This document shows positions 51,353 through 62,400 of a stretch of DNA of 64,000 nt, one piece after another. The number at the start of each line of letters is the position of its first letter. The first letter of the stretch is position 1. The notes under the pieces are model-generated. The model ran no database searches. It had not been told where the DNA came from and was given only the letters and a program-made list of their open reading frames with translations. The DNA is taken from positions 1,528,203 through 1,592,202 of the forward strand of contig JBJBEO010000001.1 of NCBI GenBank assembly GCA_047284725.1, given 5' to 3'. The position numbers and the translations under genes were made by a program. This DNA comes from Synechococcus sp. Lineage in GTDB: Bacteria; Cyanobacteriota; Cyanobacteriia; PCC-6307; Cyanobiaceae.

Positions 51353-53479
51353 ATGACCACCAGCAGCCAACCGGCCCTGCTCAAGGGCCGGGGCCTCCCC
51401 GACTACACGGCCATCACCCCCGAGCAGGTGAGCGCCGAGATCCCGGGCCTGCTGGAAGCGCTCGAGGCCGACTTTGCAGGCCTTGAGCAAAAACTGGAAG
51501 ACCAGCTCAATCAGGGGCAAGCCCTCGAGTGGCAAGCGGTCATGCCACCGCTCCAATCGATCGGGGAACGCCTGCGCTGGAGCTGGGGCGTGGTCAGCCA
51601 CCTCAACGCCGTCTGCAACGGCCCGGAACTGCGTGAAGCCCATGCGGCGCAGCAACCGGACGTCGTGCGCTTCAGCAACCGCTTGGGGCAAAGCGCAGTG
51701 CTGCACCAAGCACTTGAACAGCTCCGCAACCAGTACGGCACCTCTCTCGATGAAGCCCAGTGTCGAATCCTTGATGCCGAGCTGCTGTCGATGCAGCAAC
51801 GCGGCGTGGGTCTTCGCGATGAAGCCCAGACGGCCTTCAACCAGGCCAGCGAAGAGCTGGCGGAGCTCGCGACCAGCTTCAGCAATCACGTGCTGGATGC
51901 AACGCAGGCCTGGAGCCTGGTGCTGCATAACGTTGATGAAGTGGCAGGTCTACCGGACCGGGCACGCGAGACCCTGGCGGCGGCAGCACGCGATGCCGGA
52001 GACCACCATCAGAACGGCCAAGAGGCCACTGGGGAGCAAGGCCCCTGGCGGCTAGGGCTCGACATGCCTCGCTACATCCCTTTCCTCACCCATGCCGACA
52101 ACCGGGGGCTGCGGGAGAAGGTCTATCGCGCCCATGTCGGCCGAGCCAGCAGTGGTGACCTCGACAACAGCCCACTGATCGAATCCATCCTGCGTCTGCG
52201 GGGTGAACAAGCGAGCCGACTGGGCTACAGCCATTGGGCCGAGCTGAGCCTGGCCAGCAAAATGGCCGATGACGTCAATGCCGTGGAATCCCTGCTGGAA
52301 GAGCTTCGAGCTGCAGCCAAACCTGCTGCCGAGCGGGAGATCGAAGCACTCCGCGACTGCGCCCGACGCCACCACGCACCTGAAGCCGACGACCTCCAGC
52401 CCTGGGATGTGACCTACTGGGCTGAAAAACTCCGCCAAGAAGAGTTCGATCTCAATCAAGAAGCTCTGAGACCTTGGTTCCCTCTCCCCCAAGTACTCGA
52501 GGGTCTCTTCAATCTGTGCTCCAGGCTGTTTGGCATCACCATCCATGCCGCCGATGGCGAAGCGCCTGTCTGGCATCCGGATGTTCGCTTCTTCCGGGTC
52601 AGCGATCGCGATGGCACGCCGTTGGCGGCCTTCTATCTCGACCCCTACAGCCGACCAGCAAGCAAACGCGGCGGCGCCTGGATGGATGAGTGCCTGAATC
52701 GCTCCCGTGCTGAGGACGGGTCCATGACCCTGCCGGTGGCTTATCTGGTCTGCAATCAGACGCCCCCGACAGACACCGCTCCCAGCCTGATGAGCTTCGA
52801 AGAGGTGGAAACCCTCTTCCACGAATTCGGGCACGGCCTCCAGCACATGCTGACCACGGTCAATTACCCCCAGGCCGCGGGCATCAACAACGTGGAGTGG
52901 GATGCCGTGGAACTTCCTTCCCAGTTCATGGAGAACTGGTGCCTCGATCGGGCCACTCTGATGGGGATGGCGCGCCACTGGCAGACCGGCGAACCCCTAC
53001 CGGAGGCCGACTACCAGAAACTGCTGCAGGCCCGCACCTTCATGTCGGGCTGCGCCACGCTGCGTCAGGTGCATTTCGCACTCACCGATCTGCGTCTGCA
53101 CAGCCAGTGGACTCCGGAACTGGGGATCAGCCCGGATGCCCTGCGTCGTGAACTCGCCGCTGCCACCACAGTGATCCCGCCGATTGCAGATGATCACTTC
53201 CTCTGTGCCTTCAGCCACATTTTTGCGGGCGGCTATTCCGCTGGCTACTACTCCTACAAATGGGCCGAGGTGCTCAGCGCCGACGCTTTCTCCGCCTTCG
53301 AAGAGGTGGGCCTGGAACAGGAGGAGCAGGTGCAAGCGACCGGTCAACGTTTCCGCGACACCGTTCTCAGCCTCGGTGGCAGCCGTTCCCCTGCAGAGAT
53401 CTACCAGGCCTTCCGTGGGAGAGCCGCCAGCACTGACGCTCTGATTCGTCAGTCCGGCCTGGCCAGTGCAGCCGCCTGA
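51353..53479 (+). CDS. prlC: Oligopeptidase A (M3 family)
   Basis: KRGGAWM, HEFGH, WDAVELPSQFMENW, YYSYKWAEV. Confidence 0.95.
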   Translation: MTTSSQPALLKGRGLPDYTAITPEQVSAEIPGLLEALEADFAGLEQKLEDQLNQGQALEWQAVMPPLQSIGERLRWSWGVVSHLNAVCNGPELREAHAAQQPDVVRFSNRLGQSAVLHQALEQLRNQYGTSLDEAQCRILDAELLSMQQRGVGLRDEAQTAFNQASEELAELATSFSNHVLDATQAWSLVLHNVDEVAGLPDRARETLAAAARDAGDHHQNGQEATGEQGPWRLGLDMPRYIPFLTHADNRGLREKVYRAHVGRASSGDLDNSPLIESILRLRGEQASRLGYSHWAELSLASKMADDVNAVESLLEELRAAAKPAAEREIEALRDCARRHHAPEADDLQPWDVTYWAEKLRQEEFDLNQEALRPWFPLPQVLEGLFNLCSRLFGITIHAADGEAPVWHPDVRFFRVSDRDGTPLAAFYLDPYSRPASKRGGAWMDECLNRSRAEDGSMTLPVAYLVCNQTPPTDTAPSLMSFEEVETLFHEFGHGLQHMLTTVNYPQAAGINNVEWDAVELPSQFMENWCLDRATLMGMARHWQTGEPLPEADYQKLLQARTFMSGCATLRQVHFALTDLRLHSQWTPELGISPDALRRELAAATTVIPPIADDHFLCAFSHIFAGGYSAGYYSYKWAEVLSADAFSAFEEVGLEQEEQVQATGQRFRDTVLSLGGSRSPAEIYQAFRGRAASTDALIRQSGLASAAA

Positions 53480-54073
53480 TCAGTCCTGTCGGAGCGATGC
53501 CATCAACAGGTCCATCGCCCGGGGATCGCTCATCAACCGTGCATGGGTCAACACAGGAATCTGCCGGTGCTGACCCACCGGCAGAACCGCCTCCCAACCT
53601 GGCAGCACCATCAAGTCCCAACGGCAGAAGAAACTCGTGCAGGTCACGTTGTCGAGAGTGGCGACATTTCCATTGAGGTGCTTCAGGAGGTCGCTCCCAC
53701 GCTTCATGTCAGCCAATCCGGCGAACAACCGTCGAGGGATCCACTGGGCAGTGAAGGTCCCTTGCTGCGGACTGCCCACACTGATGAATCGACGGCAGCG
53801 CGCAGCACCGCCGAGATCTTGTAGCCAGATCCTGCTGATCACACCGCCCATGGAGAATCCGAGCAGATCCACCTCCTGATCACCCCATCGGGCCTGAACA
53901 TGCTGATCGAGCTGACCGGCCAGCACCCGCAAAGGAGTCGCACCAAGGCGGTGGGGCAGGTGTGGCGCCTGAAAGGGAATCTGAGCCTGGTCGAGCCGCT
54001 GAACCAGATGACGAAACAGATGAGGGGTGTCGCCGAGGCCATGCACCAGCACAACAGGCCTGGCAGCACTCAA
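53480..54073 (-). CDS. Alpha/beta hydrolase (lipase-like)
   Basis: VVLVHGL, GFSMGG, SPQQGT; TTG start overlapping the folB stop. Confidence 0.85.
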   Translation of the reverse strand: MSAARPVVLVHGLGDTPHLFRHLVQRLDQAQIPFQAPHLPHRLGATPLRVLAGQLDQHVQARWGDQEVDLLGFSMGGVISRIWLQDLGGAARCRRFISVGSPQQGTFTAQWIPRRLFAGLADMKRGSDLLKHLNGNVATLDNVTCTSFFCRWDLMVLPGWEAVLPVGQHRQIPVLTHARLMSDPRAMDLLMASLRQD

Positions 54074-54435
54074 ACCGTCCAGTGGCGATGCCGTTCCACC
54101 GCCACGGTCCCCCCGAATCCAGGGATCGGGGCGGCGCACTTGCGCAGCATCACCCGCATCGGCACCGCACCGTAAAGATCCTCGAGCAAGGTCAGAATCC
54201 TGTCGCTGAAATGCTCGATCGTGAGACAACACAAGCTTGTCACCATCAATTGGATTGCCTGCACAGCAAGGCTGTAGTCGGCTGTCGCCGCAAGATCGTC
54301 GTTGCGTGCCGCTTCATCCAGATCCAGGCAGAGGCTGAGATCGATTGAAAACCATTGGCCATCGGTACGTTCATGCTCGAGCACTCCCACATGGGCCCAT
54401 ACCCGAAGGTCGGTGATGTGAATGGCGTCGTTCAC
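54070..54435 (-). CDS. folB: Dihydroneopterin aldolase
   Basis: [31 protein letters not shown]. Confidence 0.92.
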   Translation of the reverse strand: MNDAIHITDLRVWAHVGVLEHERTDGQWFSIDLSLCLDLDEAARNDDLAATADYSLAVQAIQLMVTSLCCLTIEHFSDRILTLLEDLYGAVPMRVMLRKCAAPIPGFGGTVAVERHRHWTV

Positions 54436-55745
54436 AGCGGCAGATCGCAATGGCGGAAGCGGCGCATGCCGGATGCGAAATCGGCGGCGATATGGCCATC
54501 CCCTCTCAACCGATAGCGGTAGGTGACAAGCCCCTCCAATCCGACAGGCCCACGAGGAGGCAAGGTCTGCGTACTGATCCCCACCTCGGCTCCGAAGCCG
54601 TAGCGGAAGCCATCCGCAAATCGTGTTGAACAGTTGTGATAGACCCCGGCACTGTCGACGGCTCTGAGGAAACGTTCTGCCGTAGCGGTGTTGCCTGTCG
54701 CGATCGCCTCGGTGTGCCTGGAGCCGTAGCGGCGGATGTGCTCCAGAGCGGTCTCGAGATCAGGCACCACCTTCACCGCCAAGGTCAGACCGAGATATTC
54801 GGTGCTCCAGTCGTCCTCGATGGCCTGCGTCTCGACACCAAGCGCACAGCTGGCAGGGTCACCGCGCAACTCAACACCTGCAGCCGCGAAGGCGGGCACC
54901 GCCTGGTGAAGAAAAGCCGCCGCCATGGCTTCATGCACCAGCAGTGTTTCAATCGCGTTGCAAGCTGCTGGGTACTGGGTCTTGCTGTCGAGGGCGATGC
55001 GCAAGGCAAGCGCACAGTCAGCGTCCTCATCCACATAAAGATGACACACGCCATCGGCGTGCCCCAACACAGGAATGCGCGTGTTGTCTTGGATGAAGCG
55101 CACCAGTTCGTTGCTGCCCCGGGGAATGATCAGATCCACCAGACCATCAAGGCGCAGCAGGGCCAGGCTCTCCTGGCGTGTGGTGAGCAGCGCGAGTGCA
55201 TGGGCACTGACACACGACTGAGTCAGCCCCTCCTTCAAGGCATCCATCACCGCCTTGTTGGTGCGATTGGCCTCGCTTCCGCCTTTCAGGATGGCTCCGT
55301 TGCCCGAGCGGATCGCCAGGGAAGCAATCTGCACCACCGCATCCGGACGAGCCTCAAAAATCACTCCCAGAACACCAAGAGGGACCGTCACCCTCTCCAG
55401 CACAAGGTCCTGATCCAGCTCACGGTGAAGTTGGCGAACTCCAAGGGGATCCTGCAAAGCCGCCACCTGCCGCACGCCGGCAATCGCCCCCTCCAGCTTC
55501 GGCTGGTCCAGCTTCAGCCGTGCCACCAGCGCCGGCGCCAGGCCCTCGGCCTCAGCCTGAGCAAGATCGGCAGCATTCGCTGCCACGATCGTCTCAACAT
55601 GGTGCTGCAATGCCGCGGCCATGGCATCAAGGGCCTGCCGGCGCTGCTCATCGGTGGTCTGGCCCAGATCCGTGGCCGCACGGCGAACCCCCGTTGCCAA
55701 ACGGAGCAGCTCAGCAGACGGTTCGGGCACAGCCGGGCTGGTCAT
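54432..55745 (-). CDS. proA: Gamma-glutamyl phosphate reductase
   Basis: [44 protein letters not shown]. Confidence 0.97.
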   Translation of the reverse strand: MTSPAVPEPSAELLRLATGVRRAATDLGQTTDEQRRQALDAMAAALQHHVETIVAANAADLAQAEAEGLAPALVARLKLDQPKLEGAIAGVRQVAALQDPLGVRQLHRELDQDLVLERVTVPLGVLGVIFEARPDAVVQIASLAIRSGNGAILKGGSEANRTNKAVMDALKEGLTQSCVSAHALALLTTRQESLALLRLDGLVDLIIPRGSNELVRFIQDNTRIPVLGHADGVCHLYVDEDADCALALRIALDSKTQYPAACNAIETLLVHEAMAAAFLHQAVPAFAAAGVELRGDPASCALGVETQAIEDDWSTEYLGLTLAVKVVPDLETALEHIRRYGSRHTEAIATGNTATAERFLRAVDSAGVYHNCSTRFADGFRYGFGAEVGISTQTLPPRGPVGLEGLVTYRYRLRGDGHIAADFASGMRRFRHCDLPL

Positions 55746-55824
55746 CGTCAGGAGTCGCACTTCAGCACAGCATCATCCCGTTTCACGCGTCCGAACCATG
55801 AACGCCATCGCCCGGAACAAGGGC

Positions 55825-56718
55825 TCAGAGCAATCGGTCAAGGGCAAGACGCGCCGCTCCCAGGCGCCCGGCTCCATTCCCGAGAGCACAGGCCTCGATG
55901 CGCAGCCCCTCCCGACTGACGGACTGCACCCGCTGCTCCACCTCCTTGCGGACCGCGGGCAAAAAATGCTGAGCAGCAGCGGCCAGCCCGCCGCCAAGGA
56001 GCACAAGCTGTGGAGTGAAGACGTACACCAGTGAGCTGATGCCCACTCCCAGAGTGCGGCCGTAGCGATCCCACACCGCCTTGGCTTCTCCATCACCCGC
56101 AGCAGCCCGCCGAGCCAGTTCTGCAGGCTCCCCATCCCAGAGACGCCGCAGTGCGGCAATGCTGGCGAACTGCTCCAGGCTGCCGCGATTCCCGCTGTTA
56201 CAGGGAAAGCCTTCCGGGTCAACGCCGATCAAGCCAGGCTCCGCAGCGGCACCGTTGTGACCTGTGAACAACTGGCCTCCGAGCATCACACCACCGCCAA
56301 CTCCGGTGCCGAGGGTGAGCAACACCACATCGGTGCACTGGCTTGCGGCTCCTTTCCAGGCTTCTCCCACAAGTGCACAGTTGCCATCGTTCGCGAGTGT
56401 GACGCGGCGATTGAGACGCGGCTCAAGCCAGTCCGCCAACGGCACCTCTTCCCATCCAGGCAGGTTGATGCAAACGCGGGCCACCCGCGCTGCAGCATCC
56501 ATCGGTCCGGGAAGACCCAAACCCACCACAGGAGCGCGCCGATCCGGATCAAGCTGGTCAATCGCCTCACAGAGGGTCATGCACACCACACCAGGGACGG
56601 CAGGTTGAGGAGTGGCGACGTGAGCCTCCTCCAGCAGGGTTCCGAGGCGATCAAAGCGGCCCAGCTTGATCGCAGTTCCACCAAGATCAACACCAATGAT
56701 CTGGTCAGCTGGGGGCAT
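55825..56718 (-). CDS. ROK-family sugar kinase
   Basis: GVDLGGT, ANDGNCA, TLGTGVGGG, CNSGNRGSLE. Confidence 0.92.
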   Translation of the reverse strand: MPPADQIIGVDLGGTAIKLGRFDRLGTLLEEAHVATPQPAVPGVVCMTLCEAIDQLDPDRRAPVVGLGLPGPMDAAARVARVCINLPGWEEVPLADWLEPRLNRRVTLANDGNCALVGEAWKGAASQCTDVVLLTLGTGVGGGVMLGGQLFTGHNGAAAEPGLIGVDPEGFPCNSGNRGSLEQFASIAALRRLWDGEPAELARRAAAGDGEAKAVWDRYGRTLGVGISSLVYVFTPQLVLLGGGLAAAAQHFLPAVRKEVEQRVQSVSREGLRIEACALGNGAGRLGAARLALDRLL

Positions 56719-56720
56719 GG

Positions 56721-59700
56721 TCAGAAGCGGAAGAACACCTGAAATTGGCTCTGCCAGGTGCCTTGATTGTCCACCGATCCCTCCAGACTGAGTTTGGAGT
56801 TGATCTGATACGACAACGTGCCCTGCGGGGGAAGGTCATTGCGGTTGGGCGCTGCCAACACTGAAAAATTGAACCGATCGGTGAGATCGACACCCAGCTC
56901 GGTGACCAACGCCAACTGCGGCGGAACCCGTCCGGACACCCGCTCGGCATCGTCCTGGATCTGAGGAGTCAGATACGTGGGGTACAGCGCAAATTGGAGC
57001 CGCTGACTGAACGTGTCGGTGATGGTTCCGATCACAGGGCTGAGCAAGGTCTGGCCCAGCACCGCTGCAAGTGCCGTGCCCCCACCGGAGTTGCTCAGAC
57101 CTGCCAGCGAGTTGCCGCCGATCAGACTCAGAATCTGAGCACGGGGCATCGGCGGTGAGCTCCGCAAGGTCATGCTGTCGGCCAGACGATCCGCAGGCCC
57201 CGTCGCTTCAACCATCACTTTGATCAAACGCAGCTGATCTCCGGTGCCAAAACTGCTGCCGGTGCCGTTGCTCTCAAAAATATTGCTCGATACAGCGTTA
57301 TTACCGGTACCGAGGGACACACTGTCAGACACACGACTGGTCAGCGCCACGTCGACGTAGGGAATCAAGCCCATGGAGGGGGTGAACACCGCCACGTTGG
57401 CGGCTTGACGGTCGAGCTGAAAATTGGTGGTGAAGAAGAAGACACGCCCAGTGAGCATCTGAACGACTCCCTGCAGTTGAAGAGAAGGGTCCAGGGCTCC
57501 GTTGAACGTGAGTCGGCCTTTGGCGGTGAAGGCGGCAAGGGGACCCATGGTGACCGCCAGCTTCGGCCCGAGGGTGACGCGAAGATTGTCGAAGCCCAGG
57601 GCCGACAGTTGGGGCATGGCCGCCTTGATCCTGCGGCTTGCATCAGCCTCCACCTCAGCGCCCATCAACACGAGAGGCTCATCAAAGCTCCACTTCTCCT
57701 CCAGCAGTGTGTTGGCATCCACGGGTCGGGAGGAGGTTTGAACAGCTTCATCACCCTCTTCTGATCGATTCCGCGCGAACAGAGCAGGTGCCGGCGTGAT
57801 CGAACCATCGCGAATGATCAGATTGCCGCCGATCCGTGGACGCACCAGAGCGCCGTTCAGCGTGAGATCCGCCGTGACGCCCACGTCCGCGATCGGCAGA
57901 TTGAGGCGCGCCTTTCGAATCGACAGGGAGAGTGGCTCAGGCTCCTGACTGTCGACCAGCAAAGCAAGAGCCCCTTGCCCTTCGATGCGACCTTGCCGTC
58001 CGATTCGCCCCTGAAGCGACTCCACCTGCAATCGGTTGAAATCAAACACCACTGAGGTGTTGAGTTCGCGGATCTCCTGCTTTTCCAGATCGAAGGTGCC
58101 GTCTTTCACCACCAGGAATCCATTGGCTTGCGGCGCAGCCAAGGTGCCACTCAGGATCAAACGCAAGCGCGCATCACCACTGACCCAGGCCAGACGATCA
58201 TCGGTGAACCCGGTGAGGAAGCGCAGGCCATCACCACTGCTGAGCACGCGTACGTCAAGCGCCTCTCTGCCATCGAGGGGAACCTGACCTGTCACCATCA
58301 CCGCGTCCGCAGCCGTCGGATCACGCAGCGCCAGATCGAGCAGAAGAACGCCTTGTTTCAGGCTGATCTGGGCCCTGTCGAAACGCAGGCGATGCTGGCC
58401 GATACGAGCATCTTCAAGCACCAATTCCGAGGTGACCTCAGGGGAACCGTCCTGCTGTCGAAACCGGCCTGACAGTCCGATCGCCCCCTGCAGGGCAGGC
58501 GGCACAGGGGCGATCAGCGCCAGCAAGGAGAACGGCAGATGCCGGAGGGAGAACAAAAGATCGCCCCCGGCCTGCAATGGACCACTGATGGTGGCGATGA
58601 AGGGCTGAATCTGAAGCGCGTGATCAACGTCATCGCCTTCCACCCAGAGGTGCCCACTCGCCTGGAAATCAAGATCCAGAGCGTTGAACGCTGGGCCGCT
58701 CAACTTGAGGCGGGCGTCCATCTGTCCGCGCAGATCCTTTGGATGAAACGGAGAGGACTGACGCTGTTGCTGGTCCCGTTGGCGAAGCTCCTGCTGGACG
58801 CTGCGCAAGGCCTGAAGCTGACCATCAAGGGAGCCACCAAAGGTGTTCACCAGCAGCGTGCCGAGATCGTCAGACGTTCCTTCGTTGGCACGAGGGTCGT
58901 TGTTGAGGTCGGTGAAACTGAGGGCAGCTTGCGTCAGCCATCGGGCCCTGAGGCCGCGTGCATCCAGCTCCGCCTGCAGGCCGCCATCAGCACGACCCTC
59001 CGCCGACAGCACCACCTGACCACTCTTAGGGGGGAGCAGTTCACCACTGACTTGAAAACGACGGTCGCGGTAGGTGCCCTCCAGCAGAGCCTGCCGAAGT
59101 TGCAATCCGAGCAGACCGGGGCGTTCAAGGCTGACCGACCCTTTCATTTCCAGGGGCTGCAGCCCCAGCATCCCTTCTCCCGAAAGACGCCCATAGAGAC
59201 CTTCAAAGCGGCCCTTCGGGGGCAGGGCGAGTTCCAAACCATCAATCGGCATGGACTCGGCACGCCAGCGGTAGGCCGCAGGGCTGCCCTCAAAGCGGAG
59301 TTCCCCCCCCTGACGCGTGAGCGTCACAGACGTGGGAAGCCAGTTGCGGCCAAGGTTGGCCTCAAGGCGTCCCCCAATCGCGCTGTTGGAAGCGCTCATG
59401 GCCAGCTCTCCACCACCGCCGGGCTTGCCCGTGAAGCGGCCTGCCCAGGCTTCCACCAGCCGCAGAACACCCGCTTGAGGCACGGACAGATCCAACGCCA
59501 GATCAGGGCTCAAGGCCGTCAAAGGACCTGTGATGTCACCGGAGGCTGACAACTGTCCCTTCAAGGGTGTGCCCACAAAGGGACTCAAGCGGGCCAGTGA
59601 GAAATCGGAGAGCTCAAGGCTGCTCTGCAGTTCACCCACCTGCAAGGTCGAACCCTGCAAACGCATCGGCAGACGCGCCTGGGCCTTGAGGTCTGGACTG

Positions 59701-61136
59701 ACGAACTCGGTCAACCGCAGCGCTTCCGTCGATGCCTTCCAGTCGGCACGAAGGGACCAATCCTGGAGGAGCGGATTGGAGCGCTGCGCGAGGGTCAGCT
59801 CCAGGCTGGGCTTAGCGGTCTCACCCGTCAGGCGTAACGCCCCTCTGACGGACGTGTTCTTGCCCAGCAGATCTGGCACCAATGGGATTTGAGCCCAGGC
59901 AGGGCCGGCAAGCTCAAGGGCATTGGTCTCAATGCCCAGGCGGGGATAGATCTCGCCCTTGGCCTGAAGCTTGAGACCCGGAGCCTGAAGGCGCAATTGA
60001 TCAAGGCTGGCTGCCATGGCGGAGGAATCGCGCCAGTCAGCACGGGCCAGCAACGTGACATTGATTGGTCCCTGTACCGGGATGGATCCCGGCAGCTGCC
60101 AATGGCCGTCAAGCTTGAGCTTCGGTTGATGCCAAGGTCCTTGCAGGGCAGCCTGCAGCTGACGGTCTTTGCCAGGTTCCTGCAGCGTCAAGGCCAGGTT
60201 GAAGCGACGATTCAGGGCAAGATCGCCCTCCAGGGTTGCCGTGTAGGGGCCATAGATCCATGGACTGCGAGGCAAGTGCAGTCGTTCGCCCTTGCAATTC
60301 AGCTGCCATTGGTCGTTGCGGAGAGGTGACTGCAATGCAGGCGAGGTAAGAGCGAATCCGACAAGGGAGACACTCCCCTGGCAATGCCCCTTCCCAGCGT
60401 TCCAGCCCAACCTGACGTCTCCCGCCAGTTGTCCCTGGAGACCCATCCGCTGCTCTGCAGGCAACAGCCCCTGCAACGAACGAAGCTGCACCTTCTCGAC
60501 CTTCGCCTCAAGATCAACCTGGGACTGGCGCCAGCTTCCTTTCATCCGCAAGGCCACCTTGCCCTGATCCGGCAAGGTCATCTGCACCCTGGCATCGGCC
60601 CAGGACTGGTCGAGATGGACAGCGGCCCTTCCCGCCAGGCGAACATCAAGGTTGGCCGGAGACACCCGCACCTGAACGGGGTCGAGTAGCTGAATGTTCA
60701 GATCGAGTGGCGGCGGCGGCTCGGCTCCAGCGGGTCCAGGCACCCAGTAGGCACCGTCGGCATTGCGCTGAAGATCAACACGAGCACCGCGCAGCTTGAC
60801 CACGACGACTGGCTTCCATCGGCTCAGGCTGGTGAGGGGATCCAAACCGACCGAAAGCGCTTCAACCGATGCCGACGAGCGGTCTTCAGGCCCTTGCTGC
60901 ACACGGGTGGGACCAATCGAAACACCCGAAAGGCCAAGCCCTCGGTAAGGACCAATCCGAACGGGATGGCCGAGAGGTTTGGAAAGCTGACGCTCCAGCT
61001 GTGGGCGAAGCTGACCAACCGCCGAGGCGACAATGCGATCCAGTGCGATCCATGCGATTGCCCCCACCAGGCCCACACCAAGTCCTGCACGGATCAGCAG
61101 ACGCGAAGGGAATTGTGGTGATGACCCACTGCCCAT
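56721..61136 (-). CDS. Translocation/assembly module TamB (DUF490) family protein
   Basis: ~1470 aa, N-terminal TM, beta-rich body, C-terminal LRSSPPM...I..LIG..FFRF. Confidence 0.8.
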   Translation of the reverse strand: MGSGSSPQFPSRLLIRAGLGVGLVGAIAWIALDRIVASAVGQLRPQLERQLSKPLGHPVRIGPYRGLGLSGVSIGPTRVQQGPEDRSSASVEALSVGLDPLTSLSRWKPVVVVKLRGARVDLQRNADGAYWVPGPAGAEPPPPLDLNIQLLDPVQVRVSPANLDVRLAGRAAVHLDQSWADARVQMTLPDQGKVALRMKGSWRQSQVDLEAKVEKVQLRSLQGLLPAEQRMGLQGQLAGDVRLGWNAGKGHCQGSVSLVGFALTSPALQSPLRNDQWQLNCKGERLHLPRSPWIYGPYTATLEGDLALNRRFNLALTLQEPGKDRQLQAALQGPWHQPKLKLDGHWQLPGSIPVQGPINVTLLARADWRDSSAMAASLDQLRLQAPGLKLQAKGEIYPRLGIETNALELAGPAWAQIPLVPDLLGKNTSVRGALRLTGETAKPSLELTLAQRSNPLLQDWSLRADWKASTEALRLTEFVSPDLKAQARLPMRLQGSTLQVGELQSSLELSDFSLARLSPFVGTPLKGQLSASGDITGPLTALSPDLALDLSVPQAGVLRLVEAWAGRFTGKPGGGGELAMSASNSAIGGRLEANLGRNWLPTSVTLTRQGGELRFEGSPAAYRWRAESMPIDGLELALPPKGRFEGLYGRLSGEGMLGLQPLEMKGSVSLERPGLLGLQLRQALLEGTYRDRRFQVSGELLPPKSGQVVLSAEGRADGGLQAELDARGLRARWLTQAALSFTDLNNDPRANEGTSDDLGTLLVNTFGGSLDGQLQALRSVQQELRQRDQQQRQSSPFHPKDLRGQMDARLKLSGPAFNALDLDFQASGHLWVEGDDVDHALQIQPFIATISGPLQAGGDLLFSLRHLPFSLLALIAPVPPALQGAIGLSGRFRQQDGSPEVTSELVLEDARIGQHRLRFDRAQISLKQGVLLLDLALRDPTAADAVMVTGQVPLDGREALDVRVLSSGDGLRFLTGFTDDRLAWVSGDARLRLILSGTLAAPQANGFLVVKDGTFDLEKQEIRELNTSVVFDFNRLQVESLQGRIGRQGRIEGQGALALLVDSQEPEPLSLSIRKARLNLPIADVGVTADLTLNGALVRPRIGGNLIIRDGSITPAPALFARNRSEEGDEAVQTSSRPVDANTLLEEKWSFDEPLVLMGAEVEADASRRIKAAMPQLSALGFDNLRVTLGPKLAVTMGPLAAFTAKGRLTFNGALDPSLQLQGVVQMLTGRVFFFTTNFQLDRQAANVAVFTPSMGLIPYVDVALTSRVSDSVSLGTGNNAVSSNIFESNGTGSSFGTGDQLRLIKVMVEATGPADRLADSMTLRSSPPMPRAQILSLIGGNSLAGLSNSGGGTALAAVLGQTLLSPVIGTITDTFSQRLQFALYPTYLTPQIQDDAERVSGRVPPQLALVTELGVDLTDRFNFSVLAAPNRNDLPPQGTLSYQINSKLSLEGSVDNQGTWQSQFQVFFRF

Positions 61137-61201
61137 CACCCGAGTCAGTCCCCTTGAAAGTCTGCGCAATATAAAGAGACCATTCGTGAACCACCAGCCC
61201 C

Positions 61202-61663
61202 ATGAATCTGCCGCAGCTGCTTCAAGACTCCACAGAATGGCTGGCCTGGGGTGGGCTCGGTTTCGCAGCGCTCACGGGGGTGGCGTTCGTGGCACGCTGG
61301 GGACTGCGCTTCCGCTTGGTGGGGGTCACCAGCTTCACCCTGCTTCTGGCCATCAGCAGCTGGGCGTTCAGCGTGAGTTACACGCCTCCAGTGGTGGTGG
61401 AGGGCGCTCTGCGGGCTCCCGTGGTCTTCGATAACGGCAACAACCTGGTTGTCGCTCAGGCACCCAAGGCGATGGAGGCCGAGGCCATCGAGCCAACCCT
61501 GGCTCAACTCGCGGGCAACCTTCGCCCAGGAGGCCGCGGTGGCGATGAGGTGGTGATTCGCTTACGCCAACTCCAGGTCGTCAGCGAAGGAGTGAGTCAG
61601 CCCGTCATTCTTGGGGAAACCAGGGTGAGTACTGATGCGACCTCAACGCATGGCCAGGCATGA
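61202..61663 (+). CDS. ycf51: Ycf51-family protein
   Basis: RFRLVGVTSFTLLL, VVFDNG, TL.QLA.NL. Confidence 0.85.
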   Translation: MNLPQLLQDSTEWLAWGGLGFAALTGVAFVARWGLRFRLVGVTSFTLLLAISSWAFSVSYTPPVVVEGALRAPVVFDNGNNLVVAQAPKAMEAEAIEPTLAQLAGNLRPGGRGGDEVVIRLRQLQVVSEGVSQPVILGETRVSTDATSTHGQA

Positions 61664-62064
61664 GCCATTCCGCCCCGATCGGCAATCTTCCTCAAAGCTT
61701 CCGGGATGAACATCGGCAATTGATGGCTGATGGCATCACAACCTGGGGAGAACTTCAGGCCTTGAGCGATCTGGATCTGAGTCGGATCGCACGGAGCGGC
61801 CTGGCCACGGCCCGCAATCTCAAGCGGCTGAGGGGCATGGCTGACCTGGTGTGCTGCCTCAACCTGGCTCCGGCGGATGCAGCGCTGCTGATGCATGCCG
61901 GCATTGCAACAGTCCCTGCCCTGGCGGCTGCCACACCGCAGGTTCTGGTGACACGCACAGGTCGGCTGGAACGGCAGTTGCGCAGCAGCCGGCCACCTGT
62001 GGTGGACCTTGCGGTGGCTAGGCGGTGGATCCATGCAGCCCAGCGCTGGCAGCCGTCGAACTGA
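61660..62064 (+). CDS. DUF4332-family protein
   Basis: NLKRLRGMADL.....A.LLMHAGIATV..LA. Confidence 0.8.
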   Translation: MSHSAPIGNLPQSFRDEHRQLMADGITTWGELQALSDLDLSRIARSGLATARNLKRLRGMADLVCCLNLAPADAALLMHAGIATVPALAAATPQVLVTRTGRLERQLRSSRPPVVDLAVARRWIHAAQRWQPSN

Positions 62065-62127
62065 CCCATCGCCCCAGCCAAGCTCCACGATGACGCACTG
62101 AAATGAAGGGATTGCTGACGTCGACGG

Positions 62128-62400
62128 ATGATGCTCCAGATCCGACTACTGGCAGTAACCGTTTCTCTGGCCATTGCATCGCCGGTCCTGGCCCAGTCAG
62201 AACTACTAAATAGCGTCAAGAACAATCCCGGAGAAGCCAAGGCTCTCTGCAACCAGTTCCGACAACAAAACGCCGCTGGGCAATCGGTGTTGTCGACCGA
62301 AGCGATCACCAACTTCGCAGCGGCTCGCAACCTGACCTACCGAGATGCGGATGTGCTGACGACCTATGTGGTTGGCCTGCACTGCGATGAGGTCTTCTAA
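62128..62400 (+). CDS. Conserved exported hypothetical protein
   Basis: Signal peptide; VKNNP.EA.ALC..F, YVVGLHC. Confidence 0.7.
   Translation: MMLQIRLLAVTVSLAIASPVLAQSELLNSVKNNPGEAKALCNQFRQQNAAGQSVLSTEAITNFAAARNLTYRDADVLTTYVVGLHCDEVF

Noticed and set aside
54636..55919. 427 aa plus-strand ORF (likewise 58539-59549 and 52052-52978)
   Set aside because: Antisense shadows of proA, the tamB-like gene and prlC.
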